From positions 1-40,926 of the forward strand of contig JBPCXA010000217.1 of the NCBI GenBank assembly GCA_051008975.1: DNA of 40,926 bases. The letters are read 5' to 3'. Numbering within the stretch: the first letter of the stretch is position 1; each line of letters starts with the position of its first letter. The DNA is from Gammaproteobacteria bacterium. GTDB lineage: Bacteria > Pseudomonadota > Gammaproteobacteria > Tethybacterales > Persebacteraceae. The notes below the pieces were generated by a model. It saw only the letters and a list, made by a program, of their open reading frames with translations. It was not told the DNA's origin and did not search any database. Below, piece after piece: positions 29,043 to 37,010 of this stretch. Both the position numbers and the translations under genes were made by a program.

Positions 29043-29062
29043 ATGGCCCCTTCGGGGGCCAT
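29043..29062 (+). other. C(UUCG)G tetraloop hairpin between cassette genes
   Basis: ATGGCCCC-TTCG-GGGGCCAT, no U-tract. Confidence 0.75.
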
Positions 29063-29080
29063 GCACCAAGGAGAAGCAAG

Positions 29081-29356
29081 ATGGAACGGACAATCAAACA
29101 AATCACGACGCGCCACACCTTTGCCTCTCGCCTAAGAGAGGTTCTTCCACCCGGACGCAGCGCATCGGCTACGTGTAAAGCGATGCGCGATGAGGGCTAC
29201 AAAATCAGCCAGCAAATGATGTCAGACATGCTATGCGGAGCCAAAAAACCATCGCTAAGGATGGCGACTCAGATCGCCGATTACTTTGAGATCGATTTGA
29301 ACTGGTTAGCTGGCAGGGAGTGGCCACCGAATGAAGAAAAAAAGGCAAGCGAGTGA
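29081..29356 (+). CDS. XRE-family HTH regulator
   Basis: FASRLRE...ISQQMMSDMLCGAKKPSL..ATQIADYFEIDLNWLAG; AAGGAG RBS. Confidence 0.85.
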   Translation: MERTIKQITTRHTFASRLREVLPPGRSASATCKAMRDEGYKISQQMMSDMLCGAKKPSLRMATQIADYFEIDLNWLAGREWPPNEEKKASE

Positions 29357-29386
29357 AAACTCCATTAACTATCACAGATAAGCATG

Positions 29387-29424
29387 TAACGAAGGAGCGC
29401 CACAGAAATGGCGCTCCTTCGTTA
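29387..29424. terminator. Probable bidirectional terminator hairpin
   Basis: 16-bp perfect stem TAACGAAGGAGCGCCA/TGGCGCTCCTTCGTTA between convergent transcription units; U-tracts are weak. Confidence 0.7.
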
Positions 29425-29685
29425 AGCTGTGAATCTGTATTTCCCACCATTCGTTCCCTGACAATGCTTGCACAAGATTCCGTTAATCGTCCCTGTATGA
29501 TCCTCCTCGCAATACTCGGATGTGCACTTGTACATACCCTTCTTGTGCAGCAGTAAAGAGCACAGCGCACAAGCAGGATGCCCCTTCAGAGGCTCATTGC
29601 AAAAAACACAAGCCGTCTTCCTATCCTTCTTTTCAGTTGGCCCGGGATGGATTGCCGGGGTCAGTAATTTACGTGGCATGATCAT
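29422..29685 (-). CDS. Cys-rich zinc-finger-like protein
   Basis: CVFC, CALC, CTSEYC, CKHC. Confidence 0.6.
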   Translation of the reverse strand: MIMPRKLLTPAIHPGPTEKKDRKTACVFCNEPLKGHPACALCSLLLHKKGMYKCTSEYCEEDHTGTINGILCKHCQGTNGGKYRFTA

Positions 29686-30046
29686 CCCTTAATGGCTTTT
29701 TGACATACCCGCATGTTGAAACATGCCCCTTTTCACCGCCATGTATACATTCACACTCTACCTCAGGGTCGAATTCAAATCCGAGCTTTTCGTAAAAAAG
29801 GTGCACGTCAGACAGCCAATCCTCTTCACTGGAATTACGACACGCCCTCATTGCAGCAAGGACAGCCCTGCCTGGCACTCTCTGGTAATTGTCTCGCTGC
29901 ATCTTGTTTCTCGCGTCAATTGCCTCCTTCGCGAGTTGAGCGACAGCTGCCGCAAGCGTCAACTTGCCCTCCTGATCGCATATTTCCTGCAAGCGCTTGG
30001 CGAAATCCTCGTTGACACAAACACTGATCTCTCTAAGCCTGTTCAT
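29669..30046 (-). CDS. Hypothetical protein, possible ribbon-helix-helix N-terminus
   Basis: EISVCVNEDFAKRLQEIC...LAAAVAQLAKEA. Confidence 0.55.
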   Translation of the reverse strand: MNRLREISVCVNEDFAKRLQEICDQEGKLTLAAAVAQLAKEAIDARNKMQRDNYQRVPGRAVLAAMRACRNSSEEDWLSDVHLFYEKLGFEFDPEVECECIHGGEKGHVSTCGYVKKPLRDDHAT

Positions 30047-30058
30047 TAGCCTACCCCT

Positions 30059-30403
30059 CTATCTTCTTTTTGAACCGTCTGTTGTCTTAGTCTTGAGGCA
30101 CTCAGTATCACCTTGCCCAGCTCCGCAACCGTAACAATGGTTGGACCGTCGTTCGCTGTATTCGAGAGTCGCACTGCATTGCCAACAAATCGGGTCTTCC
30201 CATCTAATCGTCGTTCTGCCACCGTGGCAGTGAACTGTCTCAACAGAACCGATATTCTCGTGCACGGTTGTTGTCCTGGTGTTGCCAAGCCAACGCACGA
30301 TGACAATGCCATCGTGAAACAGAACGCCTTGAGCTACACAACCAGTACCACTAACGCCTGTTGGGTCTTCGTGTCGAATCAGCCTAAATCTACGCACAAG
30401 CAC
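30059..30403 (-). CDS. Hypothetical phage protein
   Basis: RRFRLIRHEDPTGVSGTG.VA.GV.F.DG...VRWL resembles a widespread phage family; C-terminal CxxC pairs. Confidence 0.7.
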   Translation of the reverse strand: MLVRRFRLIRHEDPTGVSGTGCVAQGVLFHDGIVIVRWLGNTRTTTVHENIGSVETVHCHGGRTTIRWEDPICWQCSATLEYSERRSNHCYGCGAGQGDTECLKTKTTDGSKRR

Positions 30404-30406
30404 ACC

Positions 30407-30721
30407 TTATCTTTCACGATGAAATTTCTGATAATCTCGCCACCCAGACGTGACTAGATCACTGCTTTTTAGCTTGCGCTTAAATATTTCTCTAAACGAT
30501 TCGCAAGTAATTTCATCGCAAAAACAATAACATGCATCGTTAAAAGCCACCCAATCATCACCCACGGCAATACACCACGGCACGACTTGCCCACCCTTAG
30601 GAATGCAGGCCACACGATGATCGTCAACAAGCAAAACCTCAATACTTTCAGCAGAGTGTCGAAGCCCTTGACCCGGCGTTAGTGATAAAACACTCGCTAA
30701 CATGATCGCTGCGTATATCAT
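30407..30721 (-). CDS. Small Cys-containing protein with hydrophobic N-terminus (possible signal peptide)
   Basis: MIYAAIMLASVLSL; AGGAG RBS. Confidence 0.55.
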   Translation of the reverse strand: MIYAAIMLASVLSLTPGQGLRHSAESIEVLLVDDHRVACIPKGGQVVPWCIAVGDDWVAFNDACYCFCDEITCESFREIFKRKLKSSDLVTSGWRDYQKFHRER

Positions 30722-30858
30722 TTCTTTCTCCTACTCCGGCAGTTCAGGCAACGCTCTTTGCGTATCGTCACCTTTCCGCGCCGACCAAAGTTTAGCTTCT
30801 CAATCTTGCAAGTGTCATTGCAATAACGACACTTAGGAGACACGGATGTGTTAGGCAT
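30718..30858 (-). CDS. Small zinc-finger peptide (46 aa)
   Basis: CRYC...CLNC; GGAG RBS; ATGA overlap with the next gene. Confidence 0.5.
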   Translation of the reverse strand: MPNTSVSPKCRYCNDTCKIEKLNFGRRGKVTIRKERCLNCRSRRKK

Positions 30859-30861
30859 TGA

Positions 30862-31245
30862 CTATCTCCCAATAGCCACTTCATTAACTGCGTGCCGATA
30901 GCCAGAGCACAAATCTTTGAACACCCTGTCAGTCGTCATCCGTAGAGTTTTGCGCCCAAATACCTTGCCGTCAGGATCACGCCATTGCCGAAGATAGAAA
31001 ACTCGATTCCAATATCTGCCCGGAAGCTGCGCGGTAGCTATTTGCGTGATAATCATCTTCCCCATGCCATGGCAGAGCTTGATCGGGAAGAAATGCCCAT
31101 GCCCTGCATCCTCGCGCTGCTCTTCTTTCAACACCCCAGGACGCCAAGACATGATCTTGTAATCGCCCTCTTCGTCAATCATAGTTACCTCCTCATAAAC
31201 GAATGGATACTCAACCTCGATGGGCTCTTTCACTTCACTATGCAT
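30862..31245 (-). CDS. Hypothetical phage protein
   Basis: 127 aa, GAGGAG RBS; RVFYLRQWRDPDGKVFG. Confidence 0.7.
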   Translation of the reverse strand: MHSEVKEPIEVEYPFVYEEVTMIDEEGDYKIMSWRPGVLKEEQREDAGHGHFFPIKLCHGMGKMIITQIATAQLPGRYWNRVFYLRQWRDPDGKVFGRKTLRMTTDRVFKDLCSGYRHAVNEVAIGR

Positions 31246-31654
31246 GTCTCATCTCCTCGCCACGCATCCCAAACTCATTCAGAAGTGCCATGATCTGTGC
31301 CATAACGCTTTTGCGTAACTGGTCATCGGTCATCCTTGGATCATTTTGCTCCCAAAACTCCTCCCTTATCTTGGCAGCAGACCTCTCATCAGTCACGGTG
31401 CAATGCTCCCGTCTTGCTTTGATCTGTGCGTCCATCCAGGCCTCTCTGACTGAGAGTGGAGCACCAGTAATTGGCGAGGCACAACTTCGGTAAGAATCCT
31501 GGATCGTATGCCACCAATCCAGGATGCCGCCATACTTGATCGACCCATATCCTTGCTGCTCAAAGTGATCCCTAAGTTTTTGGGCAGACTCGAATTCAAT
31601 CCAATGAACGTAGCGACTACCCGGTATAGCTTGGCACAATGGACAGTACGTCAT
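31238..31654 (-). CDS. Hypothetical protein
   Basis: Likely start MTYCPLC overlapping the replication gene stop (ATGA). Confidence 0.6.
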   Translation of the reverse strand: MTYCPLCQAIPGSRYVHWIEFESAQKLRDHFEQQGYGSIKYGGILDWWHTIQDSYRSCASPITGAPLSVREAWMDAQIKARREHCTVTDERSAAKIREEFWEQNDPRMTDDQLRKSVMAQIMALLNEFGMRGEEMRHA

Positions 31655-33249
31655 GGCGTGGACTCCCCATGCTGTTCGTACCAAAGGGCAATCTTGCCCT
31701 CGGCCTCTGGATCAAGTCGGTCGGGACCAAGTACGATCCGGCATTTCGAGCACCACACCTCTCGATTCTCGTTGTAGTCAAGAGGGTGTGAATAATGCTC
31801 ATCAACGACTGGGGGACGAAGATTCAGAATCGACCATCCGTCCGGATCAGTCAATATTCTCGCCCCCTTGTGAATGACGAGGTCCTTGGTCTCTTCCAGT
31901 GCGCTAGCGGCCGGGTCTCCATTCTGAATGGCCGTCTCAATCGTGGCCATGGTCTCCTCTGGCCTCGAGAACATCAGCGGGATGCCCCAGTCCTTGAATC
32001 TTCGATTCTGTTTCCACCATGTCGCCAACTTCTTCACTCTTTCCGGGTAGGGTTCGTCATAGGCGTTGTCGTGGATAAACTGGTGCAAATTAGGATGGGA
32101 TTTAAGACGGAGCGAGGCGCCGGGCCACACTACGCTTTTTACAATCGCTAACGCCTCCCTCTCGTGTTCGCAAGGGAATCCCATGTGGTAAATAGAGCAG
32201 GCATCGGGGAGTTGGTCCGATTCCATGATTGCTTCACAAGAGTCAGCGAAGGCAATGGCATCGTCCACTGAGACAAAAGCTGGGCATTTGGGATTAATAC
32301 AAACGCCACCTATCGTACTATTGTCGCAATGATCACACTGAAGAGGATGTCTACGCCGCTTCGATTCTGTGACGAGTGGTGAGCAACCATGAGCCGAATT
32401 TTCTTCACCGTCGGTAACCTTGTTTTTGTCTTCTGGTGGCCAATCAGAATGCGTAGACGAATGCCATCCATCGTGACCGACTATTCGCTTGCATGGGTAA
32501 CCATGTGAAGGATGACGTTGCTCACACAGCTCTTCTGGCTCCACTCTTGCCTTGATGTCTTCACCATCGCCAACCCTGTTTTTGTCCACTGTTGGGTCGT
32601 AGTCTAAGCACTCGCCATCGCATGCGCACCATTGGTGACGATTGGAGTCGCAATCGCTATGGTTGCCCCGTATGCAGGCGTGGCATAGATCCTCCGATAT
32701 GAATTCCCTAACTCCGCCGTCCTTTTCTACCACTCCACATTGATCACCATTCAGTTTTGACAAAACGTAATCGATCCTCTTCTGATCCCGATTGTCTGAA
32801 ATCGGGTTTTCTCGCGCGCGCGAAGAGGTGTTTGCGTTTAAAGTCTCTTCTGAGTGTAGAGTTTCTTCTGAGTCTAAGATAGACAAGGCGGGTTTCCGAC
32901 GACCGGATTTACCGGAGACCAGGTTTTCCGCCTCCCGGGTTATATCCTCATTGTAGCTAGGGTAGTCTGAGATTTCGTACCGTGATCCAGGTATCTGTCC
33001 ACTCTTTGCATCTCTATATCGAATAAGCTTTGCATAGCCAGCCCTGACGAGTTCTTTTAGCGCAGATTGGACCGATGTTTCTCCATCGTGATGTGAAGAA
33101 TTTATTAGTTGGCGCTTGCGAATCTCCCAACCATCCGGCTTAACCAAAATGAAAGCGAGCAAACCTCTGGCCTTCCAGGAGAGTAAGTCATCCTCCATGG
33201 CTGCAACAGGTATCGCTTCCCAACGTTCTTTTTTGACTCGTCTGATCAT
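31651..33249 (-). CDS. Putative replication initiator (N-terminal winged HTH) with Cys/His-rich inserts
   Basis: LSWKARGLLAFILVKPDGW...SALKELVRAGY, typical of phage replisome organisers; AGGGAG RBS before ATG 33249; iteron-like repeats inside the gene. Confidence 0.75.
   Translation of the reverse strand: MIRRVKKERWEAIPVAAMEDDLLSWKARGLLAFILVKPDGWEIRKRQLINSSHHDGETSVQSALKELVRAGYAKLIRYRDAKSGQIPGSRYEISDYPSYNEDITREAENLVSGKSGRRKPALSILDSEETLHSEETLNANTSSRARENPISDNRDQKRIDYVLSKLNGDQCGVVEKDGGVREFISEDLCHACIRGNHSDCDSNRHQWCACDGECLDYDPTVDKNRVGDGEDIKARVEPEELCEQRHPSHGYPCKRIVGHDGWHSSTHSDWPPEDKNKVTDGEENSAHGCSPLVTESKRRRHPLQCDHCDNSTIGGVCINPKCPAFVSVDDAIAFADSCEAIMESDQLPDACSIYHMGFPCEHEREALAIVKSVVWPGASLRLKSHPNLHQFIHDNAYDEPYPERVKKLATWWKQNRRFKDWGIPLMFSRPEETMATIETAIQNGDPAASALEETKDLVIHKGARILTDPDGWSILNLRPPVVDEHYSHPLDYNENREVWCSKCRIVLGPDRLDPEAEGKIALWYEQHGESTP
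32803..32940. repeat. Putative replication origin (iteron-like repeats) within the initiator gene
   Basis: Degenerate GG(T/A)TTT(T/A)CCG-like repeats at 16-nt spacing (ending 32898, 32914, 32930); TCTTCTGAGT twice; palindrome TCGCGCGCGCGA (32812-32823). Confidence 0.5.
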
Positions 33250-33317
33250 TATTTGCTCCCTGAGGGAGCAGAGGCAAGGCATCATGCATCCCCCAAGCAA
33301 GGGCAAGCATGGATTGG

Positions 33318-33371
33318 ATGGGGCCAACGGGTGCTTGAAGTCCGCTTTCGGCTGGCCTGCCTAGGCCCCAT
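33318..33371 (-). ncRNA. Structured leader / antisense-type RNA upstream of the initiator gene (c4-like architecture)
   Basis: ATGGGGCC/GGCCCCAT closing stem with two inner hairpins; loop CAAGCA complementary to two downstream TGCTTG sites. Confidence 0.55.
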
Positions 33372-33392
33372 TTAGAGGAGATCGACACAGGG

Positions 33393-33401
33393 ATTATATC
33401 A
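33393..33401 (-). promoter_or_regulatory. Extended -10 promoter element
   Basis: TGA-TATAAT on the minus strand just upstream of the structured RNA. Confidence 0.6.
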
Positions 33402-33506
33402 AATGCGCCTAAAGACTTCCATCAAATTTCTCTCCCATTGCTTGATCATCTCGCCAAGTGCTGAATCGCCTTTAAGTTCAACGACGATGTGCATCTCTGC
33501 GGCGCG

Positions 33507-33683
33507 CTACCTCCTTTTCTCGACATGATTATCGTGCATACGCAAGATTATCTCACGCTGTTTCTCTGATAAATTTGGCCTCCTTTCTAAGACGTCTTCG
33601 ACAAATGATATCTCCCAATCCGATAGCCCTGAGGCCATGGCGTCAACGATCTCTAGTAACTCTAGATAATCGTCATTATTCAT
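33507..33683 (-). CDS. Hypothetical protein (58 aa)
   Basis: AAGGAG RBS; LSDWEISFVEDV...LSEKQ. Confidence 0.6.
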   Translation of the reverse strand: MNNDDYLELLEIVDAMASGLSDWEISFVEDVLERRPNLSEKQREIILRMHDNHVEKRR

Positions 33684-33723
33684 GCTATACTCTCCTTATT
33701 AGAATTCTCCTGTGATCGGGCCA

Positions 33724-34026
33724 CTACCCAACCGGCCCCTTTCTATTGGCTTCAAGTCTGCATATAACTTCCGCAATACCAGTCAACTCTTTGCAAGAAA
33801 ACTTGTTGACATAAGGCGATGGCATGAACCTCCATTCCTGCCCATCGTCAACTATATAGCCGATGCCTAGATGGCGGTGGTTAGACGTATCAACACGCCA
33901 GCACGGCTGCATTGCATGGTTCCATTCAGTATCAAGCCATTGAATAAATAAAGCAGAATTCGATTCAATTCTGGACATGGTTTGCTGCCCTCCTTGAGCA
34001 TCGAACGGAAAGTGCTCATTGATCAT
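33724..34026 (-). CDS. Hypothetical protein
   Basis: ORF in the leftward early operon. Confidence 0.55.
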   Translation of the reverse strand: MINEHFPFDAQGGQQTMSRIESNSALFIQWLDTEWNHAMQPCWRVDTSNHRHLGIGYIVDDGQEWRFMPSPYVNKFSCKELTGIAEVICRLEANRKGPVG

Positions 34027-34231
34027 CCCATTCTCCTTTCATCAAAAAAAACGACGTCTGTTCTTTTCGCCGCTTCTCGAGCAAATGTTGACCACACCAT
34101 GCGTGATGATTGATAAACTGAGGTTCACGCCCCGACCTAGATGCGCACCAATCACACTCATACGTTGGGGTAGCGTAATGCTGCCCTCCACAACGCCCTG
34201 ATTTATATGTGATAGTCCTTGATTTCTTCAT
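34016..34231 (-). CDS. Hypothetical protein (CxxC)
   Basis: ORF in the leftward early operon. Confidence 0.5.
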   Translation of the reverse strand: MKKSRTITYKSGRCGGQHYATPTYECDWCASRSGREPQFINHHAWCGQHLLEKRRKEQTSFFLMKGEWDDQ

Positions 34232-34266
34232 TTCTTCACCGCTTTCGACATGGTTGCCACCTCAAA

Positions 34267-34626
34267 TTAATCCTCGCTGGCCGGACTAGAGCATTGTGGC
34301 AATCGATCGAGATGAAGGATTCTTACAAAGTAATTGCCAGGCACATCGAACGCTGCGACCATGCTTTCACCTACTCTCTTCAGCAAGTCTTCATCGTCCT
34401 GCACATCTCTGATAGTTATTATGGCCCAGGAGACGCCTCCCTTGCGCGACACCTCGACACGGTAGGTTCCTCGGTGCAATCTTATGGAACGCCTCTTCCT
34501 ATGTCCTTGCAATATAAGAGAGGCATCAACCCTGATTCTTAGCTCTTGCGGATTCTCGACATCGTGAACGACCTTTTCAAGGATAATCACTTCACTCATC
34601 TCGTTTACCTCCGCACTGCTATCCAT
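34267..34626 (-). CDS. Hypothetical protein
   Basis: ORF in the leftward early operon; start may be the internal MSEVII. Confidence 0.5.
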   Translation of the reverse strand: MDSSAEVNEMSEVIILEKVVHDVENPQELRIRVDASLILQGHRKRRSIRLHRGTYRVEVSRKGGVSWAIITIRDVQDDEDLLKRVGESMVAAFDVPGNYFVRILHLDRLPQCSSPASED

Positions 34627-34634
34627 ATTTCCTC

Positions 34635-34829
34635 CTAGTCTGAAGTCGTAAGCTTCAGTATTTTCCTCAGACTCATTTCCTGGTACTGTGCCTGATTATT
34701 CTCACTGTCAATCCATTCGCAAAACGCCTTCCAGCATTCATCACTGGCGTCCTGCCAATAGCTAAATCTGTGTGGCGTCGTCGAAAATTTATACGGATTC
34801 TGCGGCCACCAATCAGGTTTATCCGTCAT
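34635..34829 (-). CDS. Hypothetical protein, WWPQNPY family, copy 1
   Basis: MTDKPDWWPQNPY...ASDECWKAFCEWID; paralog of 37831..38025. Confidence 0.7.
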   Translation of the reverse strand: MTDKPDWWPQNPYKFSTTPHRFSYWQDASDECWKAFCEWIDSENNQAQYQEMSLRKILKLTTSD

Positions 34830-35121
34830 CGTCACTTTCCTTCGAATGTTCTGATAATTCTTCACTTCCGAGATTCAATACATCTCGATCTGTATGAATC
34901 TCGATCCGCCTCTCATATGCCATTTTTGCCGCACGAAGGTAGAAACCATCGTAAAGCTTTCTCACGCCCATCCAAACGCTATATCTCCCGTTCAAAAACG
35001 CATAAAAACTAAGCCTTTCTTTAACTCCTGTGGATCCCATAACTGATTCTGACGAATAAAGGACGCTTGTAGCACTAGCCCAGGCTTGGAACTCGCCAAG
35101 ATCGATCGATTGCTGCGACAT
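34819..35121 (-). CDS. Hypothetical protein
   Basis: GGAGGTGA RBS, 100 aa. Confidence 0.65.
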   Translation of the reverse strand: MSQQSIDLGEFQAWASATSVLYSSESVMGSTGVKERLSFYAFLNGRYSVWMGVRKLYDGFYLRAAKMAYERRIEIHTDRDVLNLGSEELSEHSKESDDDG

Positions 35122-35164
35122 TTCATCACCTCCCTCGGCTTATAAAATCACCCGTTTTTTAGTA

Positions 35165-35365
35165 TCATCTGTTTTTCTTACGGTACACGGTTTCACGAAC
35201 ATAGCCCAAATGGTCGATTAACTTAGGCCCAATCCGTCGTTTTCTGGTCATAACTTCCGATAAATATTGATAACTAACGCCACACAACTTCGCGAATTTG
35301 TTCTGCGATCCAGCCTTCGCGACCCCTTTGACAAGCGCTTGAAATACGTCTTCTTCGCTGGGCAT
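35165..35365 (-). CDS. Cro-like HTH regulator
   Basis: GSQNKFAKLCGVSYQYLSEVMTRKR; AGGAG RBS; first gene after the leftward early promoter. Confidence 0.8.
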   Translation of the reverse strand: MPSEEDVFQALVKGVAKAGSQNKFAKLCGVSYQYLSEVMTRKRRIGPKLIDHLGYVRETVYRKKNR

Positions 35366-35400
35366 AACAACTCCTATCTTTCAATTCCTCATGCGAATGA

Positions 35401-35429
35401 TTGACATTTTCAAATATACGGAGTATAGT
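35401..35429 (+). promoter_or_regulatory. Sigma70-type rightward early promoter
   Basis: TTGACA-17 nt-TATAGT. Confidence 0.8.
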
Positions 35430-35441
35430 GTGGATTGTCAA
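35413..35441 (-). promoter_or_regulatory. Sigma70-type leftward early promoter (overlaps the rightward one)
   Basis: TTGACA-17 nt-TATATT on the minus strand. Confidence 0.8.
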
Positions 35442-35470
35442 GGCTTGATGCATGAAAGGAGGTGATTATC

Positions 35471-35503
35471 ATGCGCCGCCCCTGTAATCGGGGCATAACA
35501 TAG
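35471..35503 (+). CDS. Putative leader peptide MRRPCNRGIT
   Basis: Near-perfect Shine-Dalgarno AAAGGAGGTGAT at 35455-35466. Confidence 0.45.
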   Translation: MRRPCNRGIT

Positions 35504-35523
35504 GTGGGAACAACTCAACACTG

Positions 35524-35553
35524 CCGACGCGGTACGAGATCGTACCGCGTCGG
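35524..35553. other. Perfect GC-rich hairpin upstream of recT
   Basis: CCGACGCGGTACG-AGAT-CGTACCGCGTCGG, 13-bp stem. Confidence 0.8.
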
Positions 35554-35573
35554 AGCCAGGAGGAGGGCATACG

Positions 35574-37010
35574 ATGGAACAGCACGCACAGAGCATACAG
35601 CCCACGACCAACAATGACGATGTCCGGCATAACGCAGATTCGTTGATCGATGAAATCGTCCATGCAACGTTCGAGCACTGGACGCAGCCACACGAGGTTG
35701 CGTTACGTGGCGCGTATGATGCACTGGCTGAAATATTGCCTGGGGAGTCTGAGCGATTTATCAAAGCCGTGTGGCTGCATTTTCAGCGGAATCCGACCTT
35801 GCAACAATGCGCACCCGAGAGTATCCGGGAAGCCGCCGTTGATCTCGCGCTGTCCGGCTTGGATATTACACAGAAAGGTGAGGCCTGGCTCATACCTCAT
35901 GACGTAAAGCGTAGGGTCGGTAAGGATAGATGGGAGACAACAAAGCAGTGTGTCGTATGGGATGGCTATATTGGCCGTCTGAAGCTCGTGCGGCAATCTC
36001 CTGACGTCGTTGACGCTTGGCCCATGATTGTGCGTGCTGGCGATTCGTATCGTTTCTGTGGCCCTGCTGCGTTGCCAGAGCACAAGTTTCCTGAGGGATT
36101 CGGCGACCGGGGCAGCATCGTCGGAGCTTACTGCGTCATCCAGTTCACTGATGGGCGTATCAAAGCGCTGCAAATGTCCAAAGAAGAAATCATTGCTCAC
36201 CGTGATCAGTATGCCAAAGCCAAGGACGCCGACATCTGGCAAGAGTTCAAAACGGAATGGAAGAACAGTCAGAGGAAAAAGAGCGATAAAGAGAACCTCG
36301 GTTTTCAGCATATGTGCTCAAAGGTTGTCGTGAACCAGCTTTGCCACCCACGAAACGTGACGTTTAATCGTTCGTCCCAAAATATCATTGGCCGCCAAGA
36401 GCGCGTCCTTGAGGATGCACGACCGCTTACGGCCGCCGACACTCAGCCTGTGGAGCCATCGGCTACGACGTTTAATTCGATCGATGAACTCTATGGAGAA
36501 GATACATCGCCAGACAAAACGGCCTTCATTGATCGGATTCGCAACGACTATCAGACTGTCATATCCCCGCTGGTCCCAGAGGTGGGGCGTGCGTTCTTCG
36601 CAAAGTACTTTTTCCGGTGCAAGACGTGGGAGGACATGCCGCGCTTCACACTGAAGCAGTTATCGCAGCGGAATGAGGAGTGGATACAGACCATCGACCG
36701 GCTTGCGACTAATGGGCTCCCCGACTCCTGCGAGCAGTGGACAGAAGAACAGTGGATGACTTGGGTCAAAAACCCGTGGGCCAACGGTGACCAGAAGGAT
36801 CGTACCGGGCTGATTGAGGATTTGACATTTTTGATCCATCAATCCCAGGTGCAGACTGTAGACCTCTATGACTGGCTACGTTCGCAGTTCAATAAGGCCC
36901 AGGAGTCGGAGCTAAGCGATGTTGAGCTAAAGCAGTGTATCGCCCATTTCGGCACATACGGCAACGACGGAGTCACGCGTGATCTGTCTATCGAGGAAGG
37001 GGCGAACTGA
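35574..37010 (+). CDS. recT: RecT-family single-strand annealing protein with long C-terminal extension
   Basis: NPTLQQCAPESI..A....A..GL......GEAWLIP, GYIG.L.L..QS, IVGAYCVI....G.....MSKEEI..HR, M..KVV. Confidence 0.85.
   Translation: MEQHAQSIQPTTNNDDVRHNADSLIDEIVHATFEHWTQPHEVALRGAYDALAEILPGESERFIKAVWLHFQRNPTLQQCAPESIREAAVDLALSGLDITQKGEAWLIPHDVKRRVGKDRWETTKQCVVWDGYIGRLKLVRQSPDVVDAWPMIVRAGDSYRFCGPAALPEHKFPEGFGDRGSIVGAYCVIQFTDGRIKALQMSKEEIIAHRDQYAKAKDADIWQEFKTEWKNSQRKKSDKENLGFQHMCSKVVVNQLCHPRNVTFNRSSQNIIGRQERVLEDARPLTAADTQPVEPSATTFNSIDELYGEDTSPDKTAFIDRIRNDYQTVISPLVPEVGRAFFAKYFFRCKTWEDMPRFTLKQLSQRNEEWIQTIDRLATNGLPDSCEQWTEEQWMTWVKNPWANGDQKDRTGLIEDLTFLIHQSQVQTVDLYDWLRSQFNKAQESELSDVELKQCIAHFGTYGNDGVTRDLSIEEGAN

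Noticed and set aside
29043-29062. Intrinsic terminator between the small ORF and the HTH gene
   Set aside because: No U-tract follows; better read as a stabilising or processing hairpin
33250-33327. Track start of the 558-aa initiator ORF
   Set aside because: It lies within the structured RNA leader; ATG 33249 has an AGGGAG RBS
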